Shown here in pieces: positions 35,455-48,868 of a stretch of 64,000 nt of DNA; position 1 is the first letter of the stretch, and each line of letters begins with the position of its first letter. The notes beneath the pieces were generated by a model that worked only from the letters and a program-made list of their open reading frames with translations, was not told the DNA's origin and did no database searches. The stretch lies in NCBI RefSeq assembly GCF_031769215.1, contig NW_026782390.1, positions 248,001 to 312,000 on the forward strand, given 5' to 3'. Made by a program: the position numbers and the translations under genes. The DNA is from Ylistrum balloti. Taxonomy: Eukaryota.

Positions 35455-38400
35455 TTGAATAAAGATTCTTCGATCAGTTTTCAACTGTTTTTTTCCTCCA
35501 CGCACAGAATCCTTTCTCAGAATATTACGCGTTTACTGTTCCAAGTACTGGGTTCAGTACGATGAATGGTAACCTGACGGAAAGATGACGTGAAGTATCT
35601 TTTCATGTTGGATATTATAGCATAGCCTCTTAAGTTAATTGTCATAAAAACAGATAAGTTTTTATGTATGATGAAAAAAAAGGATATGCTAATTTCTTAA
35701 CATAATCTTTATTCAAATTTAAATTCGGAACAAGGCAAATTATAAAACAGAAACATTTCACGGAGATTCCTAAAAGCGTATAAAGAGAATAGACCATGTA
35801 TTCTTGAAAGGAAATCATCGAACACCCCGCCATGCAAATATTCAAAGTTCACGTATGAAAGTAGTGTTACATTCTCAAATGACAACAAGGTAAACAACAA
35901 TGAGAAGTATACTAACGAGCATCAATTACTTCCAGTTTTAAAGCAAAAACTGAACATTTCTCGATAAAGATTATACAACAGAGGACGTCCAGATCTCTCC
36001 TGGATCGCTTTTTCATGGAACGGGCGTATATTGTTTCACAAAAGGTTAAAAATTGTAGGAGTTTGTTGCTGTTTGTCGCACATTTATTTGTCCTAGAAGC
36101 TTGTCGCGGCCGTAACTCCTGACTGAATTGTTGTTTTACATACGTTGTTTTAGTACATTAAATGGGCAAGGTCTGATCGAGGTGAAATGCATAATGCAGG
36201 GTATGGCAATGCAATGTGGACAAGACAGTGAATTGTAAATGTTTAATGTACATACATCCGAAGGTCATAGTCACATCGAGGCTAATGTTAATGTCCTTAT
36301 CATTAAATTCTAAATTAACGAATGTTCAACCATTTTTCTGATTTAGGATTGCATGGTGTGTCACATACTACTGCTGCGCCGACTTTCAAAGGTATCCCTG
36401 TAATAGTGTGGAACCTATCCGATTTTAAGTGTTATCACAATGAAGTATACTGCGGAAGGCGTCCATTAGGACACGACCCTGCAAATATTATACTGGCAAC
36501 AGGCAAACCAATCGATACACCAGCAAAGTAATGCATACCAGTTTTAAAATTGCGAAAGCGTCTCGGAGAAAATTAAAGGTACGGAAAAAACTTAAAAATG
36601 AGTGCAACATAATCTTAGTTGATACCAAGAAAACATCTATCTAATTTATAATATAGATGGTATTTTCACCATCGTTTTTGCCTTTCCCCAGCCTTTTTCA
36701 ATGTGGTACCGTTGTAAAGTCAGCACCAGGTCCGCTTTCACAAGAAGACTTGCACTGCCATATCGCAGCCTCCAGAAAAGATATAGACTCTTTAAGTCGA
36801 CTTACTTCGCATGCATAGGAAGGTGCTACTAAAATGACACTAGCTGTTGCTAGGACTTTTAACATTTTACTTTACTATTGATACGTTATTTGATGATGTT
36901 TTCTTTCAAAACTGCGTGACCCGAAATGTTTTCCAAGAGCTGCGTGTCATTTTATGGATAATTGTATTCTTTATCTTATAACCTGATTTTTCTTTCTTGA
37001 TTGGTCTTACGAAACGAAATTTAATTTCACACCGATTACCCGGTAAGTGATACCTTCATATCAAGATGTCTACACTTCCTTAACATCTTTCCTCCAATCT
37101 TAATCTGGTTATGTGTGCGTTTTGCTATTATGATACCATTTTTTGTGTAAATCATACTGACGATCCGTAGAGCATTTTATGATGCGATTGCAGTTTCAGT
37201 GCTTATTAACTTTCGTTTCCTTGGTTACAAAGTTCCATTTGTCGTTTCGAGTTTCGTTCAACATCAGTTATATAACCGCTCATTATATCTAGAGTTGTCT
37301 TATTAGGGTGATGTCAATTACTGTAACATTATGCATTGAGCTTTCCTATGTAGCTAATTAATCTTTTGAATGCTTGCTTTTCAATTGAATACATCACCTC
37401 ATTTTAATTTGAAAAAACACATTCAATCAATTACAAATATAGATCTCCGTTATTATATACACGCACTGAAAATCGACTGTGATATACAGTGATCTTTGCT
37501 GCTGTCGCATCGTTCGCCCACATGTTGTGTTGTACAGCCTTCTAAAACTACCTCTCGATCCTTGTAAAGGGCGTCAGGTCGTTACTTCTGGAGGGAATAC
37601 TGGTATTAAGAACATAAAGTATTCAGAGATATAGGATCGTGTTATTCATTGTATTTTCAAGTTGCTATCATGTTTGGTTTATATTGCTTAACTCCTACAG
37701 ACAACCAGGGTAATTAACTTGAAGTAAATATCACAATGTTAAATTTTGATGCATACGTTGATGGGCATCGCAAATTTGGGTAATTATTCAGTGTTAAAAA
37801 TTACCACAAATTGCCACCTGCTTAGTTGTTTTACTAATTATCTTCCATTCTCTAAAATATCATCACGCCTGAATGAATCTGCAAATGAACAGAAGGAATA
37901 TTAAATGTACGCCTTAAAGATTGATTTAAAAATATCAAGACAAAGTGTGCTATCAGAGTCGGTGTATCGACACTGAATTCACGTAATCATCGTCAATATC
38001 TTTCATGGATTGGAATATTCCAATTCTAAGTAAATGATAGCTTCTCGGTAACTTCTCAAGCATAGGCAGAAATAATAAAACTATATTTAAACATAGCAGT
38101 AACCTGTGTATAATACCATGGCTTCTTCAAAGTCTCCCTTCAAACTGACGCGATAGCCATTGATTAGTTGCATGTACACATTCCATCGTGATAAAACTGC
38201 ATGTTTTTGTATGCCTGAAGAACACTTAAATTATCATCTAGATGATAAACAATACTACTAGAGATGCCACAGTTTGCTTATCAATTGTTTCAGTTTCAGT
38301 AACCTCAATGTTTTATTATCATTACTTTGAATTTCCCTAGAATATGAATATTCCATTGGCATGCTCCATATCCTTACCATGTATTATCAAAGCAATGAGT

Positions 38401-41400
38401 CATTACGCAAAATGCATAAGTGTAGTGACCCATTTACCAATGCAACCCAAAATTCTGCTAACAACAAACCAAACTTCATTCTCATACATGTAGTCTCTAA
38501 CATTCCTGTGTAGTTCCTTGGGAATGGTCCACAAGATTTAGTGGAGTCATCCGAGCAAAATGTTTCTATGAACAGACAAACAGAGAAACGAACTGACAGA
38601 CAAAAAAAACAACATGATAATACCTCCATGTCAATCTAATTCAAACCCAAACTCGGGCAAAATATGAAAAAAAAAAAAAATACTCGGAAACACCAACGTG
38701 TCTACCAAATTTTTTGACAAACTGCATCTTTTTAAACTCTGTGTTACGAAAGTGTTTGAGCTTCATTTGACAGTTTCTTGACAAACAAATTTCAGTAACC
38801 TACCCCCAACACACACATATTTAGGAAAAGTGTATTAAAACTAAAAAGCTTGTCATGACGTTAATACTATCTTACACTATAACATTGTAAGAGCTAATCC
38901 GAATGTCGCACTTCTAAACTGGTTAGATTATTAAGTCCAAAATCAGTATCTGCGACACATTTGTTATAAAGCTACTTAAAATGTCATACATGTATGTTAA
39001 AATTACTGAAAAGTATTCGAATATCCTGGTATCTTATATCTCACTCGCAACTTTGAAATATCAGTACATCTTAAGAATTTTATGTAGGAATCACAAAACA
39101 AAGTGCATTTTGACAAACACGATCTTGATAAAATGTTTAACGCTCAGTGGTAGGAAAACTCATGTTTTCTAGCTTTTTCTGTTAAAGAATTGAAGAGAAG
39201 GAATGCCTGTTAACATTTGCCATTAAAACACGGAAATTTGAGGCTATACAACACATCTGTGGCATCAATTTAGCAGTCAATCACAAACTGGTGACTCTAT
39301 CCCATTAGTGTAAAGATTAAAATAAATTTATTGCTTGCATTACAAGAACAGACAACACTTTATACAATATCAACGATACAAATGTGAAAATAGTGCTGAC
39401 ATAATGTTATACAAACATGACAAAAAATCCCATCAAAATCTTTGGGAACTTCACTTGTCAAACGCGGCCGTACCAGCTATAAATGTATCAGCAGTAAATT
39501 GCTCACATCATATATTTACCTACTTTGCCAATTTTATGTACTTCTGTACCAGCTTGCTAAAGTACACCACCAGATAGTTTGTTGTTATGATCAAATGTTT
39601 TCAAAGTTGTATAAAACGCGCGAGCTCCTTGTAGCTCACATCAATTTGATCAGATAAGCCAGCCTATCTTTACAGGTCCGAATGACTGATCACTTTCTCG
39701 GTGTTACAAAGTCCGCCCATCAACCGATCACTGAAGCCGTATTGTACTTAATTAGGTTGGTTGAGTAGTTCCTAACAATAAAGAGGGTCGTAAACACTGT
39801 TCGTTCACCGGTAGTAATAATGTTTTAAGTATTCAAATTTTAAAATGATATTAAGATATGAAATACACGTAACACATAACAATATTTCGGAAATAGCCTT
39901 GCGGTACGATGTACTTATTATGAATATGAGTGTGTTGTTACAGATATACAAATACAGTTCTGAATAAATTGGGATTTTTTAATCTTTCCAATCTATTTTT
40001 TAAAGTCCTCCCCCAAACATCCGACTACTTTGAAGTGACAAAATCAAACGATAGATCTGTTTTGTTTGCATTTCTAGGCATAGGTTATAACAGTGGTAAC
40101 ACAGATTGCACGTGCTCCTGAAAAGTAGTGGTCATGACCTGTCACTACTCTGGGATATTGTACAAGAGATACATTGCCATTTCTTTAGGGTTCACCTGGG
40201 TGAGATAAAGAAGTATATACGCTGTACATACTGGCAATCTCATATGGAGAAATGAATAGTTATCTAGTCCCTAACAGAAATAAAGTGTGTATGTGTTTGT
40301 TTTGTGGTGGTTAATGCGGGTATCTTTGCCCATATATGGCAAATCATGCCACTATACTTTAACCTGGATGAAGTTTCAACAGTGTCAAATTATGAAGCAT
40401 TACGCAACAGCTCCACCATCAAGGAGAGGCAATTTTGTCTTCTATCTTTAGAAATTTGATTGGATGTATTAAAAAATTGAAAGGTTTGAAATATAATGCA
40501 CTAAATGTTATGTAAGCTAAGTACTTATAAGATATATCATGTCCACAGATTTACCTACGAAATAGTGCATAGCCCTATTCCACGTTTGTTTGACATTTCC
40601 CATTACATACGTCATGTTTCATGATGCATCGACGTTGAACACGTTGAAAAATCGTTGTTATATTTACCATGTGCAATCTGCAAGATTGTACACAAGACCT
40701 AGGTCATACCGCGTTTTGTTTGTCAGTATATGTATATCTCTGAAATAAATGTTTTGTTTTTGGTTAAAAATGAAAACAATTATTGAAACTATTTCAGTAC
40801 AAATTTTCTTACATTACGTTTTTTTCAGATGTGGCCCCATGAAAAGAATTTGAGTTGCAATCCAAAGATATCATAAACATGTATTAGGCATGACATTATC
40901 GTTATGAATGCTCTTGTAGGGTAAATGAATACTATGATTTAATAAATCTCATTTCAAAATTTACTTTTTACTTGCTTTTACAATTTATAATTATTAAATG
41001 CCAATACAGAAAAAGTTAAGGCTCATTGAACTTAATACTATAATGTGCAAGTGAAATTTTACATAATTTTCCTATAGAGTTTTTTCATTTTTCTCAACTT
41101 TGACTTTTTTGGTCCAGTTTGTAGTATTATCATACAGATCAATTTCTCTTGAATTAGAAAAAAGAATAAGCAAGTTAAAACAACATCAAACTGAAAAAAT
41201 TAACTGATTCTATTAAAAAATAAAGCCATGTCGTTTATTTTCATTAATGTCTTTTTTCTCGATGGAAGAAAACATGTCTTCCAGTGGATTAATAATCTGT
41301 TTCAGGACCCTGATAAATATTCCACACTTTATCCCACCATGGTTGAAGCGGTGGATCATGACAGCCAGTTGATGAACTAACCTGTTGCATGACTTGTTCT

Positions 41401-43739
41401 TTTGACTTTTGAATATCATCGCTGTTACAGCTCCTTCACCTAACGTCAGTAGCAGTTTCTTAACATTAACATTTATCTTTAGTGTATTCATACGAAGGGA
41501 CAGCAGTTAGCTGTCACCCTTGTAGCATGCAATGGTGGTTTTCAAAATTGGTGACCGATGATTAACATTACCCTCGAATGCCTTCGTTAGTTCTTTTTAG
41601 AATAACGCGGCATCGAGTCTTGATGTCCATACTGAACCGTCTTACTCTCTTATCTCCCTTCGTAGGGTTTTTCCTCAATCATTCTTCTGCTCAAGTTCTT
41701 TTCTAGGCATTTGCGATACTGACTATTTGATAATTGTTTTGTTTGTTTATAAAGAAAAATCCCTTAAAGTGGGTGAAACATGCTTATTGCAAGAGAGAGT
41801 GATTTTTTTTCAGAATTTTTGCTTTGATACACACAATTCAAAAGGAATCGCATATTGTAAGATAAATGAACTGTGCATGTACAATTGTCCACGAGGAAAA
41901 AAATCTATCAACCTATCTTATAGGGACTAGGCACCTTTTAAAACCTTGTTTAATTTTAAAGGGTTAAACTGAAAAGGTTTACATGTTTTGTTTGGAAATA
42001 TTTAGGCAAACGCATTATCAGTATATAGCGTATACTGTATGCTTGTAAAGATGTCAACTAGGAACCCTGGATCAATTGAATATTCATTCACCAGTGGTTA
42101 CAAGGATTGTACATGATCTCAAAATGATGGTGATAACATGTCAAAACTCTGGACGGAATTGAACAAGATACTCATCTTTGACATATCTTGAGGATTCACC
42201 TGTGTGAGATACAGGTACACACCTTTCTTTGGTAAGTAAAGATAGTGAAAGTTATAGTTATCACGTACCTGATTACAGGCCAGTTTTGAAGGTTCTCTGG
42301 AAATCGGAATGTGTTAAAGAAAACAGTAGCTTTTAAAGGAATTATACTCGTGTATGATAATCAAACGCTTTATGCTTTTGTGGCGTTGATTGACTTTGTC
42401 TTCGGACTTGCTGGGTATTTAAATGTTTTTCAAATGCAATAGGTCCCATTTGTATCGTATTGATTTTTGTATTTTCAATACTGTATTGTTTCATCTTTTT
42501 CAAAATGCCCTTGACACTGGAAGAATTGTACTTGCTGGCCTTATTGTACAATAATAGGAGGCGACTTAATTTAGGATCTGATGTTTTCTTTCTTTATTAA
42601 ATTTTCATTATTCATGATGTTTTACATGTCACTGCCTCACATTTGTTTGTAAGTCGAGTGAAAATATTTCATTTTTATCTTGTTTGCCCTAGTTTCTTTA
42701 GAAGTAAGATTCTTTTGACATGTTCTTTATTTAATGACGTTATTTTAGTTTGGAAATATACGCCTACTGTCGATGAAAACTACAGGAAACTCGATCCGGT
42801 CACATTACATTGTCTATGAGCGAATCCGTCGTTACTCTCGAATGCTGCGCGTTCAGCAACATTTACCATTATTAAAAACGTTTGTAACTCGGGTAGGTGA
42901 CAAAGTGCAAAACTTTCCTGCCTTGGTAAGCGCGTAGTTAAACGATGTTTATGCAGACAGGAATGAGGTGGTGCAGTGAAGCACCCGTACAGCGTTTGGT
43001 CCCAATACCTGGAAATAAATCAGAATTATTTCATTTGGCAATTGCTTTGGTTCCTTTTGTGCGCAGAGCTGCATATTTGCGTAAATGGTCAGGCGATATC
43101 ATGTCAGACATTAAGAAGAAAACAATTGCGTAGAAAGAAGCGAACAGTTATACATTTATGTAAATAGGAAAGCGTGAACAAGACTTGCTATTGTAAAAGA
43201 AGCAAATATTACAATTCAAAGTGGCAATTATCCACGTATTGCGGACCTTCACGCACACTGTAGGGGTGGTTTGTTGAAGATTTTCTCCTCAAACAGTAGC
43301 AATTAGGTGTGAGGAGCAAGGTGAACTTTAACAAAAACTTAAATGGCATATAAATGTGAACTGATTATAACATACAACGTACAAAGGTAATGCTTTCATA
43401 CTAGTTTCTATAACGGTGGTATATATTTGAATGTTAAGACCGAATCGGGAATTATGGGTTCCAATGTATGAAGGTCAATGAGTAATATCAATAATACAGA
43501 TAAACCAATTAGAATCTCATATCAAATGTAAATGTAATTTTTTTAATCGTGCTATCAGTAGCAATCATCATAAATAATCAATGATTCTGATATTATCAAA
43601 ATATTAGTTTTTGTCTGAGTTTGGAAGAGAACACTATTTCATATATACATATATGTTCATTTAGATACACATATTTTAATAACTTCTGCTGAACGTGGTT
43701 TAATTCTGTTCATGAAAGATATGAAATTTGTTAAAACCT

Positions 43740-43910
43740 ATCCACGTCCTCCGCAATGAAGTTAGGAGGTACACTGGAATCAGCGTGTTTGTCCGTCTGT
43801 CCGTAGAAAAATAAATCATCAGACAACTGCTCCTTTAGTTGTGGAGGAATATCAATAGAACTTTAATAAAAGGAATGTTGGTCACTGTGTATAGATGTGC
43901 ACGCGGGTTT
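43740..43910 (+). mobile_element. 5' fragment of a HINE-like repeat
   Basis: GGAGGTACACTGGAATCAGCGTGTTTGTCCGTCTGTCCGT (GTCC microsatellite head), followed by a monomer remnant ending in GATGTGCAC. Confidence 0.4.
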
Positions 43911-45399
43911 TTTTTAAAAAGCAGATTTTGGTATCCAGGTCACTATAAAATGTTTTTTTGGTGATGGTCATAACTCATCAATCCTTTGATAAATTTTATG
44001 GAAATTTGGTGTAATTTATCAATGCTTGTAATTGATTTCTCAGGTGAGTCCAAAGTCGTTACAACAAAAACATGATGAGGCTTCTTATTGGACAAAAATA
44101 TTATCCGATTGTTTTGATGAAACGAACGGGTTTTGAGGGACAGCAATTGCAATGATATCATTTTCAAAAAACATCCGATGTCACATAAGGCCTATGATTA
44201 GACAGGTCTTTTCCAGACTGCTACTAATGTTGTGGACAAATTTCTATGCAACGACACAGGAATGTTACTATTCGTTATGTGCAAATGTGCATGCAGTTAT
44301 TTTTAGCAGAAATTTGGACTGCCATGGTAAACTGGTCACTCTACACAAGTCATTATATGTAAAGTGTCATAACACTTAGCCCTGTAATTGATTTTATTTG
44401 AGATTGATCAAATGATACATCTAATTATAGCCTATGATTTGACGTATATGATTTTCCAAACACTGTGGAGGCTTCTGATTGGTCGAAATTAAGATATTAT
44501 CGGATTAAGTTGAAAATTTGTATAAAAAGGTTTAGGGGATGACAACTACGATTATACCATTTTCGAAAGAAATATTAAAATCATTATATTAATAGCAGTA
44601 TTTTTTAGTCTTCTTATCTTGTCTGCCCTTTCAAGAGGAAGTTTGATGAGGTTTGAGCTCCGACAATATTGCATATTTATCTGACATATAATCATCTGTC
44701 GGTACTCAAACTTGTGAGGTTTATATCCTTACTTTACCGAATCGGAGGATAAGCTCCATTGACTATTTTATGAGTGAATGTGCCTTTACCAGTGGTGAAG
44801 CATGATATCACTATCACACCATTACTGGCCATGATAGCACATTCACTTTATAACGATTTTACAGTGAAACCAATCAACAGTGTTCGAGGATGAAAAGGGT
44901 GGTGTACTGATTAACCGACAGGTATTGTGAACAAGCGTAATCGACGTAGATACAGACATGGCAGAACTACAATGTGATCTCTCGGTACATTTCTATCATG
45001 AATACTTTCAAGGGTTGATACATGAAAATGATGATGTATTTAAACGGAATTAAGAAGATAACATCAATGCTATACAAATCATGGAAACGATTTGTGTAGT
45101 AACTTGCAAGAACGCTAATGCACAAAAAAAAACTTCTTATAAACAGCATTGAAATAGATGGAAAGTGTTCGTAAGTTAAACATGTCACAAATATAACCGT
45201 GGAAGATGCACTTTATGAACTGAAAGACAAAGTTATCGTTACAAATATCTCATGCATCGAGCATCCTGATTTGAAACTCCTTCGGCAGATTTGATATATG
45301 CGTATTTGCGAATAGCAACAGAACGGAGTGCAACCAAAAACATCACACGTCCTATAAATGCCCATATAAATCATTTCGAATTAAAGGGTGTTATGTGTG

Positions 45400-47690
45400 C
45401 AAAAGTGAAAATCATTTAACATGTGAGTGTGTTATATATGCAAGAAAATTACCATTTGCAAAATAAATGTCCGTTGAATCTGTATGGCGAGTATGACCTG
45501 TTTGATGGTAGATGGACGACAGAGTTGGAAAAGGAACGTGAGGCGGAGACTGACACACAATCAAACAATAAAAAAATTGTCGTCGTTATATCCGGTGCGT
45601 CACAGACGCCGTCATAAGCTGTATCACCGATTCCTAAGAATGCCGACATTTAAAACGTCACATTGTGTTTGGGTACAAATGAGGTCACCAGAAACATTGA
45701 CGATCAAGATAAAGTTTTCTGCAATATATTGACTGCAATATTTCTTCGGACAATCCGTTTTTGCGGAATCATTCCACGCAAATTCAAAAGTGAAAAACTA
45801 AAGTAAAGGAAGGAATTGAAACGGAGCTCAGCGTAGCTATATTTGCGGAAATGGGAACGGAATACTTGCCTTACCTATGTGTATAAATCGTCAAGGTCAT
45901 GTGGTAAAAGATGATAACAATTCAGCGAGGGTTCATCTGATTGAATCAGGTGCAACACAATTATGGTCTGTCGGTACTTCATCGAAAACACCAGATTTCA
46001 ATCAGCTGTATCCTTTCTAGTTGGACCTGACACGAACAGTGACAAATCAGCAACACCACAGTCGGCGGAACGCCAGGTGAAAAAGATGAGTAAAATTGTT
46101 GATGTTTGAAATAGATGGTTTATTCATGTACTAAAAGCATGGCTTCTCTCTTTGTTGTATCCTTTAATATCAATGGTTTCAGAGATAAAGCAAAAAGGGA
46201 CGAGATGTTTTTTATCGTTTTTACAAAGAAACTTCACATATTAGCTGTACAGGAAACTCATTGTGCCAATGTGGATGGGGAATAAGTAGTATATGGAATA
46301 ATGTTAACTAGTATCACATCCAATATCACTATCTCTGAAACAAAGCGTGGCGCAGAAGAAAGATTTTAAATGTGGCATTAAAAAAGTCAATGTACTTTTA
46401 TTTAATTCGATGGATATACAAACACAGAATAAGTTAGAAATTGTTTCTCCACAACATATGTGAAACAGGTCCAGCTCGAAGTATGTACCCATGGGAGACT
46501 TCCATTGCATGTTAAACAACATTAAACAATATGTACGATAGGGTCCCAGTAACAAATTTAAGACTTTTGTGGGAAAATGTAAAATGATAGATTCGTGGCG
46601 AGAGCGAAATCCTGAATTTACATTGAGGAGGGGAATATCTAGAATAGGATATAAATGGCTATTTGTTCAACGATATGTTTAGAGCTAAGATAAATCCATG
46701 CATATACAGTGATCATGATACATAACATCAGAAGTAGAAATTGACACGGTAAACATTGGTCCAGATACATGAAAAATGAATGTATCGGTGATAGACTGTG
46801 TTTAAAATGTCTTCGAATCGTAATGGTTATATTGGAAAACTGAACAATTGACATACGAGAACATTACGAGAACTAGTAAGATACACGTATGAACAATATT
46901 GAAAAAGAAAGAAGTGAAAAAAACGTAAAGAACAAGAACTTAGAGAACTGATTAAACTAGACGATTTCGCAAAAATCGACTCACTACCTAGTGCAATAAA
47001 GGCTCATTAGAGGGAAAACCTATATATGGTCATAGAATCAGATATAGAGCAAATCGTTTTGAGGACAATGTCATTTCTTCACGATATGTATTTCAATTTG
47101 AAGGAAATTAAAGCGGAAGAAAGGTTTTGGTAATTATGAAGATGGCATAAGCGCAATTCCAGTTTTTCTAGATTTAATTAAAAAAAATTATCTGAAGGAT
47201 TGGACAGAGAGATTCTGCAATTCTGCGCTAGTAGTTAATGTACATACTAAATTGACTGAAGAACAGCAAAATGAACTAGAAAGAGAACTTACCGAAAAGG
47301 AAACAGTGTCAAACAACTGGAAAAGAATAAATCGGTATTGTGAATGAATTTTATCAGAGAGGAAATTGTTCAAAATTGATTACAAGTCCATAGCGAAGAC
47401 AATAGCTTACGGAATAACAATATTCATCATTCATCCAGATCAGAAAGGATTTGTTCATGGCGAGAACATATTCAACATTTATAGTCTGAGATATTTTGAA
47501 TGAACACATTTAATACAGACGACTGAATTGACAGCAAATTTCCTTGATAAATGTAAAGCATGCGATTGTGTGGAATAGTCATAGGTAAATGATGCTTAAA
47601 ACGTCTTAATTTTGGCGCAAAATTTAGAAATTGGATACCAATGCTTTTGGAAGAAACGTATTAAACTAATGGTTGTAATACTTTTTATGA
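45400..47690 (+). mobile_element. L1/Tx1-type LINE relic: ORF1 remnant, then ORF2 (APE endonuclease and first RT motifs) from ATG 46139
   Basis: MASLFVVSFNINGFRDKAKRDE; LAVQETH; MGDFHC; MIDSWRERNP; SDHD; GPDT*KMN; KLTEEQQNELERELTEKE; DYKSIAK; IIHPDQKGFV; RLNFGAKFRNWI. Many stops and shifts; left boundary approximate. Confidence 0.8.
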
Positions 47691-47714
47691 TACTGGAAAT
47701 TTTTCAGGTAAGCA

Positions 47715-48450
47715 TATAAGCGCCGCTTTGTCCTTCCGTCTTTTCGTGTCCGGAACATAACTTTGTCCACAATAAAGCAAGGATCATGAAACTTTGTGTA
47801 TACATTGGCCATACTACGACGATATGTAGTGTTCCATATTCAGTTACTGACCTGTGTTATAAAAGCATGTCCGGAGCATAACGTTGCTTGCATTTACACC
47901 AGGATAACGAAACTTTGTGTATAAATTGATCGTACTATGATAATGTGCCATTTAGCAAATTCAGGACACTAGACCCCTCAATTACAGAGTCATTGCCCTT
48001 TGTTAAAAATATATTTCCTAGAGAATAACTTGCACTTGAGGTAGGATAATGGAACAGTGTACATATTGATCTTACAAAGACAATGTGCAGCGTACGAAGT
48101 TATTGCCTTTGCTAAAATGTTGTGTCCGTAGCATTACTTTGCCTACATTGAAACATGATGTAAACATCAGTCATACAATGGCTATGTGCAGTGTAGCAAA
48201 ATCAGGGCCAACGACCTTCAGCACCGAGTTATCGCCCTTTGTTAATAAAATGTATCATGGGCATAGCTTTGCTTGTATTGAAACTAGGATACTATGATAA
48301 ATGTATACGTTGATTATACTAAGAAATGTTCAAGATACAAAATTCCTCGCCTTTAAGCCCTTAATTACAGAATTATTGTCCTTTGTTAAATCCTTTTTGA
48401 TCAATGAAGTATTTTTCAGGGACTGCTCATCAGCTTTACTGATACTCTTG
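47715..48450 (+). mobile_element. HINE-like repeat with about five degenerate 110-145 bp tandem units; lies where the LINE homology ends
   Basis: Unit starts TGTCCGGAACATAACT (~47746), TGTCCGGAGCATAACG (~47868), TGTCCGTAGCATTACT (~48123); recurring GAGTTAT(T/C)GCCCTTTGTTAA. Confidence 0.6.
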
Positions 48451-48868
48451 TCCTATGTCGAAATTGGCCAGATAAGGCGGTTGGATAGCTCCAATTCAAT
48501 ACATCTTACAAGCGGAACCAATCACTTGCTGTATTACGGTAAATGAAAATATTAAATGTATCAAATTGCCTTATCAAACGAAACGTCCATATGTTTGCCG
48601 GAATGAACGGGCGATTTTAGAAACTTTCAATATTTTAGATTTATTACAATTAACATCTGGTTCAAAATTCAACTTAGGAAAAAAAAACAAACAAAAACAG
48701 TCGTATATTTAGGGGATGGCAACATAAAATTCCAATTTATACCACCCTTGTCAGGTCTTACGTTAAAACACTTGGAGTGCACCATGAAAAGATCCGAAAA
48801 ATTATGTGCAGAAATGGAAAAGCATTAACATGATATAGTTAAAGTTTAATGATAAAACGCTGATTATA

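Noticed and set aside
39700-39770. CCGATCACTGAAG resembling 5S rRNA
   Set aside because: Only ~13 nt match; flanks do not follow 5S.
41230-41700. Coding-looking minus-strand relic (…CHDPPLQPWWDKVWNIY…)
   Set aside because: Multiple stops and no family that I can recognise; needs tBLASTx.
42780-43310. Possible transposase relic (VWSQYLEI, HLAIALVPF, RGGL)
   Set aside because: Motif resemblance is too fragmentary to name a family without a search.
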